Of a DNA stretch of 64,000 nucleotides, positions 24,121 through 36,842 are shown piece after piece. A model generated the notes under the pieces. It did not search any database. It was given only the letters and a program-made list of their open reading frames with translations, and was not told where the DNA came from. The DNA is taken from NCBI GenBank assembly GCA_013265495.1, contig MU062844.1, positions 923,548-987,547 on the forward strand, in the 5' to 3' direction. The DNA is from Vicugna vicugna. Taxonomy: Eukaryota. A program made the translations under genes and the position numbers. The number at the start of each line of letters is the position of its first letter. Positions within the stretch are counted from its first letter, which is position 1.

Positions 24121-24384
24121 TGGGTTTTAACATGTTGTCATTATGCTATGATGCCCAGATAGAAAAGAGGAAGACTGGAGAGGCCCAGGGATGGAAGTCA
24201 GGAGACCTAGATTCTTGTGTTGATTTTGCCGCTCACTTGCTCAGATACCTGAGGCAACGTGGTTAACAATGCTGGACGTTAGCTGTGAAATGAGGTGGAG
24301 GGACCAGAAGGTGGTCTTCAAGTTCCTGGTATACTCTAGCTTTCTTCTCCTCGGGAATGCTAAGAGTGTCCTAAACCTGAATAC

Positions 24385-24800
24385 ACTGGACACCTTTTTA
24401 GCAATAGATGGCAGAAACAATCTCAAACACCCTTAAGCCAAAGAAAGGAGAAATGGTTGGCTCAGAGAAGCCAAAAATGGGTTGAACAGTCAAACCTCAG
24501 GGATGCAGTCAGATCCCAAGAACAGCTGGAACCTGGGTCTCATGTGTCTCCCTTCCTCTCACTTGCTCACAACATTCATCTTCCTCACCGAACTGTTTCC
24601 CTCATAGTTAGAAAGCATCCATATCAATGCTCTCTGTTTCCAGTTTGGACCTAAACTCAAAGGGAAGGAATGACTGGACACCCACCCTTCCCAAATCCAA
24701 ACATCCCAGGGCAGCGTGGGTCAGTTGCCAAGGCCTTGACCAAGCAGTCAACTGTAGCTTTGGGGCGGGGTCCTGTTGGAACACGGGAACCATATGCTCC
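24385..24800 (-). mobile_element. MLT1K/L-like LTR
   Basis: tggcagaaacaatctcaaacacccttaagccaaagaaaggagaaatggttggctca opening typical of antisense old MLT1. Confidence 0.55.
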
Positions 24801-25949
24801 CTACCTAGCCAGCATGTGCATCTGAATTTGCAACTCCTGCAGTACACCCGAGAGGAGCTCCTAAATCTCCAATGTTACTCCCACTCATTCTCGTATAATC
24901 CTTATAACAACCTTACGGTGGAAATTGAACTGACAGTTTTAAGTTGGATATAAGACAGGACACCTGGGCTCTGGGAAACTGGGTGCCATAGACAAAGACA
25001 TACAGGCTGTCCACGGCAGAGGCAAATCTTGCTAAGGATCCAGGTGCCTAGACTCCCCTTCCAGTGTTCTTTCCCGAAACACACAATCTACTTTGCCTGA
25101 TTTTTCCAGAATGCTCATGAATGAAGACCCAGGAGTGGAATAGCTGGTGGATCCCACAGGTCCTTTACCCTGGCAGCTGTGGAGGCTCCGTTGAGAGCTG
25201 CTTTCTGGGTCTGATATCTCCTTGTCTAGAAATAGCAGATCCAGGGATTCTCAAGCCTAGAGAGGGAAAAGCAAAAGCTTTCTATGGCCCATCCAACCTG
25301 CTAAGAATGGAAGAAAACGAGGCAGAAGGAAACTCTGGAGATGCCCAGGGTAGCTCCAAGCTCTGGCAGAAGAACAGATTTAATCACTGAAGACACCATT
25401 CCATCACCTCCCTGCAGACCTCTCCCCGGGCATCATGGGGAATCTGCTTCCTGGTTGTCATTTAGCATCTCCAAGGGAGGCAGGGTTGGTCTCCCTGCCT
25501 TTAGCTAGCAGCATCTCTTTCAGTTGTTTTAATACTGCATGGATGTTAAGCTTGCCGGCTGGAGAGCTGGTCTGCTCAATGATGGGGCCTTGGCAAGTCA
25601 TTCTACTTTTCACCATTTACATAATGATATTGATAAAAAGGGTATTTATGTCATGGGTTTATTGTGAGAATTAAATAAGATAAAACTAATAAAATTCTAA
25701 GTGTCACGCCTGGCACATGGAAAATATAGTTACGACTATTGCTCACACAGTTGAGAATGTGGCTAGATCTACAGAGGGAAGATTTTGGGTTTTTTTCTTA
25801 ATCACATTGTTTTCATATTATAAAAGCATTGCAACCACAAAGAAAAGGCAAATACAGAAGTTGAGACCTTCAACAGAATAACTGACCTGGTCTGTTCAGC
25901 AAGTCAATATGATGGATACAAAGGTGGGGCTATGTTTTGCTCCATTTAA

Positions 25950-26815
25950 AGAGAATTAAAAGATGTGACAACCAAATGTAATGAATGGTCCTTAACTGAA
26001 TCCTGGTTCAAACAAATCTGTTTAAAAGGAAAATTTTTTTGAAGGACAACTGGGAAATTTGCATACAGATTATGTACAGACAGACCTCAGAGATACCACT
26101 AGTNNNNNNNNNNNNNNNNNNNNNNNNNNNNNNNNNNNNNNNNNNNNNNNNNNNNNNNNNNNNNNNNNNNNNNNNNNNNNNNNNNNNNNNNNNNNNNNNN
26201 NNNNNNNNNNNNNNNNNNNNNNNNNNNNNNNNNNNNNGTACGTACCTTAACTAAAAAATACTTTATTGCTAAAATATGCTAACCATTATCTGAGCCTTTA
26301 ATGAGTCATAGTTAAAGACCATGGATCACAGATCACCATAACGAATATAGCAATAATTTAAAAGTTTGAAATGTTGTGAGAATTACCAAAATGTGACACA
26401 GAAACACAAAGTGAGCAAGCGCTGTTGGAGAAGTGGTGTTGATAAACTTGCCTGACCAGTACATATAGGGTGGCCACCAACCTTCAATTGGTAAAAAAAA
26501 TGCAGTATCTGGGAAGCACAATGAAAGAAGGTAGGCCTCTATTAGATAACATGAAAGATTTATTCCTAATTTTGTCAGATGTGATCATGGTATTGTGGTT
26601 AGGTAGGAAAATATTTTTACTTTTTAGAGATACCTACTGAAATATCTAGGAATAAAATATCATGATGTCAGTAAATTTAAAATATTTCACTCAAAAGAAA
26701 AAAAAGTTAAGCAAAGATGGCAAAATGTTAAAAATCAATAAATCTAAGTCATGGGTTTATAGGTGTTCATAAAACTGGTATATTTTTGTGTATGTCGGGA
26801 AACTTTCATAATAAA
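25950..26815 (+). mobile_element. L1ME/L1MC 3' end split by a Tigger insertion
   Basis: gatgtgacaaccaaatgtaatg...gggaaatttgcatacagattatgTA | TAttagataac...ggtattgtggtt...gcaaagatggcaaaatgttaa. Confidence 0.7.
26077..26539 (+). mobile_element. Tigger2a/MER28-like Tc1/mariner MITE (134-N gap at 26104-26237)
   Basis: Termini cagacagacctcagagatac... and ...aggtaggcctc with TA on both sides; internal tactttattgctaaaatatgctaaccattatctgagcc and gatcaccataac. Confidence 0.85.
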
Positions 26816-26825
26816 CAAAACATGT

Positions 26826-27065
26826 TTATTGTAAAAAGTTAGAAGCCACATAAAATATACTAAAGAAAATAAAATAACCACTTAGAAAAAAAATCACCAA
26901 TGATGTTTTTGATGTATCTCCATCCTGTTTTTGTCTATGTTTAAAATAACTGCAATCACAAAGTACGTGAAATTCTGCAGTCTGCTTTTTTAAACCTAAC
27001 ATAAGCATTATTCCTTGTTATTAAAATGTCTTTGCAAACATCATTTTTAATGGCTACAGAATATT
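26826..27065 (-). mobile_element. L1ME fragment
   Basis: tttattgtaaaaagttagaa...catcatttttaatggctacagaatattt. Confidence 0.6.
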
Positions 27066-27144
27066 TCTCTGAGGGGTTGAACTAGAAAACCTTTAAGTTC
27101 CTCCAACACAGAGTTGCAATTACAATTAAAATGATGATGAAAAA

Positions 27145-27165
27145 GATGATGATGATGATGATGAT
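27145..27165. repeat. (GAT)7 microsatellite
   Basis: Read directly; sits at the tail of a minus-strand MIR. Confidence 0.95.
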
Positions 27166-27174
27166 GGCGAATAT

Positions 27175-27355
27175 TCACTGAGCATTTACTATATGAGTTA
27201 TAACAGACATATTCTGTTTTTATCTTCGCAGCCTGTGAAGCAGCCACTATTATCATCAACTCTATTTCATAGCAGAAGAAACTGACACAGAGAAGTTAAG
27301 TGACTAAGTCGGGGTCACACAGCTAGAAAGCAGCAGAGCCCAGACTCATGCTCAG
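27175..27355 (-). mobile_element. MIR
   Basis: gaagaaactgacacagagaagttaagtgact...gtcacacagctagaaagcagcagagcc. Confidence 0.75.
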
Positions 27356-28299
27356 AGGTACAAATACAAACTAGAGACTTTAATTTCATTCATTCACTCA
27401 CCAGACATTGATAGGGCACCTGCCTGGGGTCAGGACTGGCTTATGGCCCACACTGTGAGTACGGTCTACTGCAGGATGCTAACAATTTAGATTCGTCTGG
27501 CTAGAGGTCATGAGAGCAGTGATTCCTGGGGCCTGAGTCTCCAGTGTCTGCATTCTTGCTCCAAAGCAGGTGAATAAGCCAAATGTCAGACTTCTGGTAA
27601 TAACTCTTCCTGCCCAGGGAAGAAGGGATCCCTGGCAGCCAGAAAGAGGGTGGGGGTAGGGGATAATTTATTATTGATAATTAATGACACCAGAAACCTT
27701 TTAATATTCATATTACTTATTCTTAGCCCTGTCTGCCTGCATCGACACTAACAGTTTGCTGTTAATGAGAACAGGAGCGTTTTTAAATCAACTTAATTGA
27801 CATTTTTACGGTGTTTAGCAAGCCCTAAACACAGAATTTCAGCTGGGGAGCTGAATGTGAGCTATGGGAAGGGATGGTGTCCCATGGAGCCTGGTGCAAA
27901 GGCAGGTCACTGAGAAATAGTCAAGCAAAGAAGGAGACTCATATTTCCGCAGCTGGATCCAGGAATTCTGTCCTATGACTGCTTCCTGGTCCTCCACTAA
28001 GTTTCCAGCCTGGAGGGAACCGGAGGTTCTTGTCATCCAGCCCTGAAGGTTCCACCTAAGCTCTGGAACCTTAGGCACGGGGCTTTAAATGCTCAGTGCC
28101 TTGGTTTCCCCATCTGTAAAATGGGAATAAAAACAGTCCCTTCCTCACTGAGTTGTGATGAGGGTTCAGTGGGTTAATTTATATAAAGAACTTGGAACTG
28201 CACCTGGTGATTTGCTGCTATTAGTATTAATATTGTTCATAAAGTGAATTTTATAAGATTTACATGGTAGATTTTAACACTATTTGCCAAAGATTCTGG

Positions 28300-28658
28300 A
28301 TTACCTCCCACAAGAAGATTTTTTACATCCCCATTCTCCCAAACTCAACAATGACTATGTGGTTTGTTTTGGCCACCCATATGCAGATGGAACTGACACG
28401 TGTCACTTCCTAGCAGATTCAACAGCCAACACGTTATTCACTATGTCTTTTCTTCCCCTCTGCCATGAGACTGGCAATATTCCACATAGAGTTTCTTCCA
28501 TCTGGCAGGTCCCAGAGTGAAGATGACATGGAGCAGAGCCACTGCCAACCCACGATGGACATGCAATGTGAGAAAGAAATAAACCTTTTCAGTTGGAGGC
28601 CTCTGAGCTTTGGAGGTCATGTGTTACTGCAGCAAAAGCTAGCCTATCGTAACTGATA
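28300..28658 (+). mobile_element. MLT1J-like solo LTR
   Basis: tgtcacttcc, ggtcccagagtgaagatgacatggagcagagcc, gagaaagaaataaacctt...tgttactgcagcaaaagctagcct..aactgata. Confidence 0.8.
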
Positions 28659-28829
28659 TAGAACCTTGCTTTAATGCAAAAGATATAATAAACAAAGATG
28701 AGCTGTGACTGTAGAGAGCAAAAGGGCCATGGAAGTCCCAAAGAGGGACACCTGATCTAGCCAGGAAGGACTGAAAACCTTCCTTCCAATTTCGACTGAG
28801 AGGAAGCATTGTGCAACAGAATGATACCT

Positions 28830-29020
28830 AACATGTGTTGACTGCTTACTCTGCTCCAGGTAGTCCTTACGTGTTTTCTCAATCTTCGAAACAGCCCTGT
28901 AAAGTAGATATTATTGTTACTATTTATTATGATGACTCCTATTTTTTAGGTGGAGGTACTGAAACTTTCAAAGTTTAAGTAACCTGCCCCAAGTCCCACT
29001 GAGAAAACCTGGACTCAGGC
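28830..29020 (-). mobile_element. MIR
   Basis: cctattttttaggtggaggtactgaaac...aagtaacctgccccaagtcccac. Confidence 0.6.
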
Positions 29021-29127
29021 AAAGTGCACATACTCTCCATCACTGTTGCTTCTATAGGTCTTCCCCTTCCACCTGCATCCGAATCACTGGGGACACGGGA
29101 GGAGTGGGCTCATTAAAATGAAGATTT

Positions 29128-29260
29128 TGTGGTTTGTCGCTGTACGCAGAATTCTCAGATGTCCCCCGTGATCTCCACCCTCTGGTGTCTCATCCTGTAT
29201 AACCCCCTCTCCTAAGTGAGACTGGGGTTTGTGATTTGCTTCATCAATAGAATATGATAT
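29128..29260 (+). mobile_element. MLT1E/F 5' fragment
   Basis: cagaattctcagatgtcccccgtgatctccaccctctggtg...tgtataaccccctctcc...tttgcttcatcaatagaatatg. Confidence 0.6.
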
Positions 29261-30342
29261 CTATAATCAGGCATCTTAATGTTATCTAGAAAGCAGGGAA
29301 GGAAGGCCAAAAGGCACAGAGGTCACTCATATTAGCCAGGATGGAGGCTGTTTGGTCACTTCTGTGGTTCGGGCAACATTCCTGTCTTGTGTGTGTTCAC
29401 ACATAACTGCAGAGTGGCCTCGATCCATCATCGCCACAGAGTGGCCTTGTCTGGTGGTGCTGATCTGTGAAATCGTTTCTGCTCCACAGAAGAGTACCAG
29501 GCCAGCTTCCAGCTGTCAGAGGCTGCTTTTCTCTTTCTCAGAAAGGTTCAAGGTAAAGAACAGGGGAAGGTAAACCTGGAGAGAGAGGCAAGAGCCAAAT
29601 GCGTAAGGGCTTGTGTATCAGGACCTGGCCTCCTGGAGGCTGTTAAAGAGACAAGGACTAGCTGGTTAGAGGCTTCTCACTCCAACCATGGGTCGGGCAA
29701 GGGAAGAGATCGCTCCTTCCTCCCCTTCTTCCCACTGCCAGCAGCTGGCATCACTTAGGACTCAACTGGGGAATTACAATCACATTGTTGCCCAAAGTCA
29801 ATGGCAACCCACCTTAGGAATTTAAATACTGACCACCCTGCTGGGCTTTCGATCTCCACGTGCCCAACCCCAGCAGACTGGCTATTCATTGATTCCTTCC
29901 TTCCTTCTTTCATTCTTTATCTAATATTCATGAAATGCCTACTGAGCGTCAGGCAATGCGCATTATCGGGCATTACTGATTAAACAGAAAACAAGACCAA
30001 TGACTCTGTCAACCAAGCTGCTTTCAACAAAAATCACTTTTCCCCAATCACATGCTTCCCTCTTACACTGCCCTCTCTCCACACCATCCCCACCTGTGAA
30101 CCTTCAAGGTTCATTTCAAAGACATCCTCCTCCATGAGGATTTCTAGATCCATCCTGACCCCAACGTCCATCTCTCCCATAAACCATTTCCCCCAGAATC
30201 CTTTCATAGTTACGTGATAGGAGACAGGTCTGATGGTCCTGACACTGGTTGGACTTGAAAGACAAACAGCCTCCTCCAACAAGAAGAGAGAAAGGGCCCA
30301 AAGGGGTTATTAGGGTCTGGGGGGGCATTACTCCCTAATGAC

Positions 30343-31363
30343 TGTGAAGAGACTTGACTACACTGGGAAGCCCCAGAAATTCAGCCAGAAGTACCTGCCC
30401 ACCAACTTGGGGCCAAGTGAACTAGACTGAGGAAGTGCCCACCTATGGAATCTGTGCATTGGACAATAAGACCCAGAGTTGAAGAGAGGACTTTCTTTAT
30501 ACATTCTTCTGGGCTAATGATCATTTAGTCTTAAAGACAGTTATTTTTGGCCCTCCCTCAGGTGCAGAGGTTAATTAATTACATTCAGGAATCATGGTGG
30601 CTGCAGGGTTAAGTTCGTGGTACACACAGGGCTCTGGGCAAGCCAACCAGACAAGTTCAGGTGATGCTCCTGAAACTTAAGACATTTACCTCTGAGGACC
30701 AGGGCTCCCCACGTACTTTTAACAAGCTCCTTTTCTGCCTAATGAACCCAGGTTGGTTTCTGTTAAGAACTCTGGTGGGTATACCCACGATGGAATAAAT
30801 TTATGCTTTGAGTGCTGTACACCTGAAACTAACACAATATTGTAAATCAATTATATTTCAATTTTAAAAAATTTATGTTTTGAGGCAGGACAAGACAATT
30901 TAACCATAACATACTCCCTGCCCAGATTGGGCCTTCCCTCATGAACAATTTGTATCTGCATTATATATTAACCAGACCTCCCCTTGGCAGGAATGCCTGC
31001 TCAGTCATAAAGATCAGTGTTTTCCCTTCTTCCTACACCAGCAATGGACCTCTTTAGGAGGTAACATTCCTCTCCCAATCCTGTAAGGGGCCATGGTGAC
31101 CTGTTGCTCATTTTCTACATGCTTATCTGGAATTCGTATCTCTGGTGAACTTTATGTAAAACGTCAGTGTGTCATTTGATGTACAATCCTTTGCCTTGAA
31201 AATGTATGTAACTGTGTAAATGTATACAATGACTTCTAACAAGCAGAACAGTCTTCAAAGTTCCCTGGAAGGCTCTCTCCCAGGTTATAATCCTCATGTT
31301 GGCTGGAATAAAATTCTCTATTTCTTCTTTGGATCAACTATTGATTACTTTTTTCTGTCAACA
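30343..31363 (+). mobile_element. ERV1-type solo LTR (5' boundary uncertain)
   Basis: U3-R-U5 layout, AATAAA at 31307-31312, ends ...ttattgattactttttctgtcaaCA; no TSD found. Confidence 0.7.
30813..30868 (+). mobile_element. 56-bp extreme 3' tip of an older L1 inserted in the LTR
   Basis: tgctgtacacctgaaactaacacaatattgtaaatcaattatatttcaattttaaa; 16-bp TSD aaatttatg(c/t)tttgag at 30797-30812 and 30869-30884. Confidence 0.85.
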
Positions 31364-31699
31364 CTCACAATCCACCTACTCAGAGAGAATCATTATTAAC
31401 TCCATGGTGTTCAAATTTTCAAATCTTTTCTGGCTATATACGGATAAATACTTTTTTGTAAAAAATGGAATTATATTTTATATAATGCCGTATGACCCAC
31501 CATAATTTATTTGAGCAATTCACCAATTGTTGGAAGTGTTCAGCGTTTTCCTAGTAATCCTCTATTTTTAAACAATTTGATTGTTCCTACTAATCTTGTT
31601 TCCAGTACTTAGAGTGGAACTACCTGAATGATAACAGATTATAAAGGAAAGAACTACCTCCTTCCCCACTCCAGTTCTTCAAGGTACATAAAATATTAA

Positions 31700-31940
31700 T
31701 GGCTAGCCATCAGGGGTTTGAATGTTTACTATGCATCAGGCACTGTTTTAAATTCTTAACATATATTATCGTATTTAATCCTCACCAAAATCCAGGGGTG
31801 GGTGGATGAGTGGTAAGAGGTGGGTCACATTCTCCCCATTTTCCAGATAGGGGAGCTGAGACTGAGGACAGGTCTGATGCTTGCCCACGACTGAAAAGCC
31901 TATGGGTACTAGAGCCAAGATTCAAACCTGGATATTCCAA
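31700..31940 (-). mobile_element. MIR
   Basis: tttactatgcatcaggcactg...atttaatcctcacc...ccccattttccagataggggagctgagactgag. Confidence 0.75.
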
Positions 31941-32399
31941 CAAAAAGCCCATGGCACACTGCAGCAGGAAGACTCCAAGTCTCTTGTGAATGCTCAGAAA
32001 CACCTGCATAGGAATTGCTCTTAGGCAGCCCTGATCCTCTTCAACATTTGCTTCAAATACCTGGTAAAGTCCAACTACATACTCCTCTAAATTTCTTACT
32101 CCACCTGCCATTCCCTCCCCTTCTCCTCTCCAGGACTAACTTGGTAACAGAGATAGCTGATACTAGGTATACGTGCCACCTCTCTCTTATCTGAAACCCA
32201 TTGCAGACATTGATAATCTATCATGCTCTTTTTCCTGATGCATCTGCACTGATCCTCAGAATCTTTCTTAACACAGTAACCCCAAGCACCCTCTATCAAT
32301 CCACCAGAGTTGACATGTGAGATAAAGCCCCTTGCCATCTCTACTCTACACTATGAGTTTTTCCAGAATAGGAACCGTACATTTTAAAAACAGTATCAC

Positions 32400-32630
32400 C
32401 ACCAACAACTAACATTCTGTATGCTTTTAATATGCTTTGGGCACTGTGCACAGTGGTTTATATGTATTCTCTCCTTTAATCTTTACAAGGGAGATATTTA
32501 TAATACCCACTTCTCAGACGAGGAAAGTAAGGCAGAGGAAGCTTAAACGACGCACGAAACATGGCACTGTTACTAAATGGTGGAGCCAAGATTGCAACCT
32601 GAGGAGTCTGACTGACAACACACTGGTAAC
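32400..32630 (-). mobile_element. MIR
   Basis: tttaatctttacaag...cccacttctcagacgaggaaagtaaggcagaggaagcttaa...ggtggagccaagattgcaacc. Confidence 0.75.
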
Positions 32631-34573
32631 CACCAGGCCACATGCCCCTGTCCCTCTTCCAGTCTGTATTCCCAGGCTCCATACAGCGCACGGAATGCAG
32701 CAAGTACACAACCAGCATTTCATAAATGAACGAATGCACGCATCAATGAATGAACTGGCTCGAGGTCTGGCTCCAAGGTGGAAGGGCAAGGTAGGATCAG
32801 CCTCTTGTGGGGGCTGGGCTGTGGGAGATGGCGTCTGACTCAGACCCAGCTCCCAAACCGAGCAGGAAGAACTGCCTCCCTGCTTCTCTGCCTGAGAGTC
32901 CAACCTTCCAAGATTATAATTATCCCGCTCGCCCCGCCCACGGCCCTGCTTCTCCATGGAGCCACCACACACGGCCTGGGGGCTCCAGAGGAGAGGGGGC
33001 GGCTGGGGGTTGACAGAATGGGGGGGCCTCAGGGGTTCTCTTAGTCAGAGAAGGGGAGGAAGGAGTGGGAGGAGGCTGCCGCCCTGGGTTGGGGAGGGAA
33101 GCCATGGAGGGAAGAAGCCACAGGTCACCACGGATCCCCTGGCATCCTCAGTTGATCCGGCTGGTGGGGCCCAGGCAGCGGGGTGAGCATGTGCCCTGAG
33201 AGCCGGGATTCAGTGGGCGCGGCCCTGCACTGCCCCTGAGAGGCAGGAGGATGGTAAACGTTCATTTCCTCTACCCTGGCCTCCCTTGCCCCAACCTGAA
33301 AGTGCAGGCGCTAGATCATCTCAGGTCCTCTGAGCCAAATGTTCTCTAACTGGCACCGTTCTTGTTGTAAAGGAAACAAGTCTGCATCACCCTCCATCCA
33401 CCTCCACCCTCTCCCTCTCAGCTTGGATCCAGCTGGCACTTCGGAGCAGACTTCCTGTGCCCTTCAACATTGGTACCATCACCCAGTGCTAATGTCAAAG
33501 TTACCTACGACCATTAGTCATTTCCAGTCCCTCCCTCACCAGGCACTAACAAGGAGGCCGTGAGGCCTGGCACCAGATGTTACCTGGGCATGTGTTATAA
33601 TATCAACTCCTCTGTTATGCACTCTTACCTTTGTGGACTTTACGGCCACCCTACAGAAGACAGCCTGTAAATGCTAGTGGGGACTCTCACAGGCTTTGCA
33701 ATCAGACAGGCTGAGTTCGAAACCTGGTTCCCACGTTTACCACCTGTGTGGCTTTGGGTAAATCTGCACTTCCCAAAGCCTGTTTCCTCATCCATCCAGT
33801 GGGAATCGGTCAGGTGCAGAGGTAACAGGCCTGTGTTACTTAGTGCACAGTAATTGTTACTGTTACTTGGATTACCACTTTCCCAAGTGTTAAGAGTTGT
33901 TTCAACACCAGGCAGGTAAGCAAAGGGCCCCCAAGGAACATCTAATGAAACTTCGAGGTGCCCCCTTGAGCATCTGAGCACACAGTATGTTACAAAGAGG
34001 CGAATAGGCACCTGATGGAAGGGAGGGTAGCAGGTGACATGGTTATGGCTTGAAGCCTTGTTCCACCTCATGCTTGAAATGTCTACCTCTCTGAGCCTCA
34101 GTCTCCTCATCCGTAGTGTAGGGTGTTAACAGAACCTAGCACAGGGGCAGTTTAGAACTGAGATGAGGTAAGCACCTAGCAGAGGGCCTGGCTGACAGTA
34201 AATCACTAATGTCAGCTGTAGCTATCATTAAAGGGGAGACATTAGCAGCCAGGCCACCCAGTGGAGCAAATAATCAGGCCACATTCGTTGCTCACAGCCT
34301 GTGTAAATGGATTAAGAGAGAGATCAGGAAAAGAGAGAGGGGTCCTCTGAGAGCGCTGATCTAGCCCGAAATGAACCTCAAGGAATTGGCTGCCAAGAAT
34401 CCGTAGCTTTTCTAGCATTTCCGTCTGACCACGGCCAGCTGCTCTGCATCTCCTTTTAGGCTAAAACAAAGAGAAACAAGAAGAAATTACAGCAAGAGAG
34501 ATTCTTGGTGGACTTAAGAATTTCCTGACTTCAGTGGAAGGCGTGGAATTGCAGGGCGAGGGCACTGGAGCAC

Positions 34574-35049
34574 TGTGTTATTGTCGTTTCCGGAGCGAAT
34601 CCCTCGCCCCCTCCGACTTCCCTCTACCCACCAGCTTCAGTGGCAGCTGCGTGTCTGGATCCACGCACCTGACCCCGTCCCTCCTAGGCTCTCACATCCC
34701 TCCGAGTTTCTGTCTCTGAGCTTTTTCCAGGGCTATGGAAGCTCATTCTGTTGTTGTCTCCACACACAGGAATTGCAGAAGAGTTACACCCCAAGGCAAC
34801 CATCAGCCATCATGGATCAATGCCTGGACCCCGTGCTCTGGAGGGACGATTCTGAAGTACATTCTTGTGGCTCCTAGAGAGTCTCAGAGGCCCCAAGGCC
34901 CAGGTGCCCACAGCTCAGTTACACACCTGTTATCGGCTTCCTCTCTCCCTGCTCCCTCCCTCCTGCCTGCTGGAGTCCCCTCCCAAATAAAACACCTGCA
35001 CCCACATCCGCATCTCAGTTGTGCTTTCAGAGGAGCTTCAACTAGGACA
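34574..35049 (+). mobile_element. LTR16-family (ERVL) solo LTR
   Basis: ccccaaggcaaccatcagcca, ctcccaaataaaacacctgcaccc..atctcag..tgctttcagaggagcttcaactaggaCA. Confidence 0.8.
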
Positions 35050-35930
35050 TAAACCCATAGTGCTGTCACCACTGTACCTGCTCCAGGACACCCTTGCCAA
35101 CCTCCCCCCCAGGTCTGCTGGTTCCTGGGTCTCCATCCGACATCTGTGGGGCAGGCATCTGTGTGGTGAGCCTCACCCTGTCCCACCATCACAGTGAGTT
35201 TGTGAGCTTGCTGTTCAGCTCCAAGAAGCTTCCAGACTGAGACGATCTCCTCATCACCTGGGGGTCCAGTGGCTCAGGGCACCTCTTACTTTTTTGCATT
35301 TGTGATCATCATTATCAAGAGCACAGATGCTCCAGTGGCCTCTGCATTGACATGTCGCTTTTCTAGAAGGTTAGACAGTGCTATATAGGAAAAACTGGGT
35401 TGAGAATTGGCTTGATTACCTGATCCTTAACTACTACCTGTGGGCTCAACAAAGGAACAGTTACATGAATAATGACACAGTCGCTCAACAGACTACTCAT
35501 TTATGACTGCTAAATACTTCATTATAATAATGTTTTGCTATATCACTCACTGGTAAAAAATTTTACATGCATTTTCTCTCATTTAATCCCCACAATAATG
35601 CTATAATATAGGTACAGGTATTATTGTCATTTTTATTGTTATTTCCATTTTACAAATGAAGAAATTGAGTCTTTTATGAGGTTATCAACTAACACTCATA
35701 ATGTAATATTGAGGCAAAGAGTAGAATATAAAATGATTCATTCAATATGTGTCATTTATGTTTAAATATATACATGGAGGGGGAAAAAGACTAAAAGGTA
35801 ATGTATTAAAATGTTAGCCATTGTTATCTCTGGATAATGGGATTATAGGCAATATTTATTTCCTCTGAGTACAACTTGCTTGGTGATTATGGGCAATTCA
35901 CACCTTCAGGCTGGGTTTCTGCTGCTCTCT

Positions 35931-36033
35931 CTTCTCCTCCAGGAGATGCAGGTTGGGTCCAAGGGCCCACCTTCTCCTCCAGGAGATGCAGGTTGAGTCT
36001 CCATGGCTCCATCTTCTCCTCCAAAAGAAACAG
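35931..36033. repeat. Short ~41-bp tandem repeat, ~2.5 copies
   Basis: cttctcctccaggagatgcaggttg exact at 35931 and 35971; degenerate third copy at 36013. Confidence 0.9.
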
Positions 36034-36842
36034 ATGCCAGAGCCCATGAGCTCGGAGGGCCCTCCCAGATGAAACATCCCAGGATTCTACCATTTCAGTG
36101 TCAGAAGAGGAAACTGCCAGGAACCAAGGCCCAGCATACAAGAGAGGCTGCAGCAGTTATGCTGAGTCCAGTCACTGAAAGGACTCACAAGAAGCAAGAG
36201 TCATGAAAGATTTCGTTACAGGCAAAGGATGCAGAAAATAAGAGCAAGGAAACTCAGAACAACTTTAGGAAGATCCAAAACACTCAGGAGCAGTTGCTAA
36301 GGGCCCCTCTTGGTCGCACAGAACTAGCTTGGTCTCTGGACCACGAACCACCCAAATGTAAGTGGGAGATCTCAGCCTCAGGGATGCCAAGGCATAAGTT
36401 TCCATGAGATGTTTGTTCATTTTGTCTCCCTCTGGTCACGTAGCCAAAATAGGGGTGAGTAACCAGCATAATAACTGAAACCAGGTGCACGCCATTCATC
36501 TATGTTTTCCCAATACACTGCACTGTGAGTTGGTACTTGGCACCTCCAGGCGGTTTTTGGACTTCAGACAACACACGACAAATCACTGACTAAAACATCC
36601 CATCCCCTCTTGACCAAGTCCATGGTCCCAGTGTCTCTGGAGATAAGCACAGAGTTACACAGACCAGCTGCAAGTTGGCCGATGGTGAAGATCAGACTTC
36701 CTGGGGCCTCTGAAGTCATATCCAGCCATGCTCCAGGTGAGAACAGCGCCAGGTGTGTGGGAAGTCTCTCTGCCAACATCCCATAGTCTGGCAGACAGAA
36801 AAAGCTTGGGATGAAGGGGAACTGACCAACATGATCTCCATC

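Noticed and set aside
35931-36033. Repeat-spacer-repeat pattern resembling CRISPR
   Set aside because: Mammalian DNA, two exact copies only, related 15-17-nt spacers, no cas genes; kept as a minisatellite.
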